This document shows, piece after piece, positions 62,675 through 64,000 of a stretch of DNA of 64,000 bases. The position numbers and the translations under genes were made by a program. The notes under the pieces were generated by a model. The model did not search any database, was not told the DNA's origin, and saw nothing but the letters and a program-made list of their open reading frames with translations. Numbering within the stretch: position 1 is the stretch's first letter; the number at the start of each line of letters is the position of its first letter. This DNA is from Phoronis australis (lineage: Eukaryota > Animalia > Phoronida): the NCBI GenBank assembly GCA_002633005.1, contig NMRA01000010.1, positions 1,274,982 through 1,338,981 on the forward strand. Reading direction: 5' to 3'.

Positions 62675-63012
62675 TACTAGTACCGAGCTACACTATTGCA
62701 AAATGAATAGCCACATCTCTTTTTTGTGGAGGTACGCGTGGAAATGACAAGAAAAATTCAGTCCGGTTACGCTCTTCTGAGCTCGTCACTCAACGTGAAG
62801 ACTATTGTGACGTACAATAAACATTGTGTATCTCTGTGTAAGGGTAACATTTTATTGCCATTAGAATGACGAATTATGGAATAAGAAGTACGGCAGCAGT
62901 TAGTCAAGTGCCCCATAGACACACAGAATATGATTGGGGCGTGTTGTAAAGAGATGTGGCCCTTTTGTTTAAATTTTATTTTTTGTACATGTGCATCTTT
63001 GTACCCCATTAT

Positions 63013-63052
63013 ATACACACACACCCGCACGCACGCACACACACACACATAT
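63013..63052. repeat. (CA)n microsatellite
   Basis: acacacacac...gcacgcacacacacacac. Confidence 0.85.
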
Positions 63053-64000
63053 ATAAACTACCGTCTTTACAAGGAGTAGTTTCGCATGGGAAAAAAGTTG
63101 TGGATCCAGAGGGATCCGATTTAGCCACTTTGTATTGCTATTTTTGAAGAATGTGGCAGTTCGTTGTACCATAGACTATAGTACAAGGACCGCCAACTCC
63201 GTAACTTCCTACTCCGTAACTTTCAAGGGACGAAATCTGTGCTCCTACAGAAGCAATGACATCATATTCACTAGCGACACCTAGCCAAATTATCTGGTGT
63301 TATTTCCGGCAAGTACCTCGTCTGCTAATCATGGTCGACTGTTGTGTCGTCACAATTCACTAATCCAAACTGGGCCAGATAATTTAGCAGAGTGGCACCT
63401 CCTCTATGATATTGCGCAAGAAAATAACGGAGTGACGAATCTGTTGTCTCCCATCTATGATTGTACCAAAATCACCTTTATCTGTGATCCTTGCTTAGCG
63501 TCTTATGAAACCAAGCTGGAAATGTTATTTTCAAATGAACAATCGTGAAGGGAAATATGACTTGCACTGAATAGTTCATAAACTTGATTATTTTTCTTTG
63601 CTTGCTTATAAAATAAACAAAAATAATTTGCAACCGATATCAAGAACTTTTTATTAGGTACCACGCACATGCATGGAGTGGACGCCGATGCAGCGGATTC
63701 GTTTTGTTTATAGTCGAAGACAATCCGACTCCGGTGACATCCAATTAACGTTCATGTAGTGAAATAGATTTTTCACAGTCTTCTGAAGTCATATAGTTGC
63801 ACTACCTCTATATAAGAGAACATGAACCAAATCTTAGAAACTTTGAGCATTTATATCACATGAAAAATGATCATGTTATTGAAACTGTTTGCTGCTCTTC
63901 TAAATTTTACTAAGATGACATGGCCACGTGACTCAGTCATGGACAAATTGATCTAAAGACAAAAATCCAAGTACACAGGTTTATGCTTTCAGAAAATATA

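Overview
AT-rich, intron- and repeat-rich animal genomic DNA, most consistent with a marine invertebrate; it is not prokaryotic and has no CRISPR or operons. Two recent, intact, intronless rhodopsin-class GPCR paralogs (- strand, 325 aa each, about 87% identical by hand count) sit in a ~3 kb segmental duplication. A secreted animal heme peroxidase gene (+ strand, 39389 to at least 58479) could be rebuilt as 15 phase-consistent GT-AG exons encoding ~725 aa; its last exon was not found. The peroxidase keeps all catalytic residues and carries R-I-S-E-M at the position of myeloperoxidase R239-S-S-E242-M243. Met243 is the residue that forms MPO's otherwise distinctive sulfonium heme link. The rest is decayed mobile DNA: several TTAA-flanked Kolobok-type elements (THAP/transposase facing a KolX / P2X7-ballast-like gene, with ETS-CRE and E2F motifs in their inverted repeats), plus hAT, LINE, Gypsy and PIN-nuclease remnants, tRNA-like SINE heads and many MITEs. 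All family assignments come from motif recognition by eye, not database searches.
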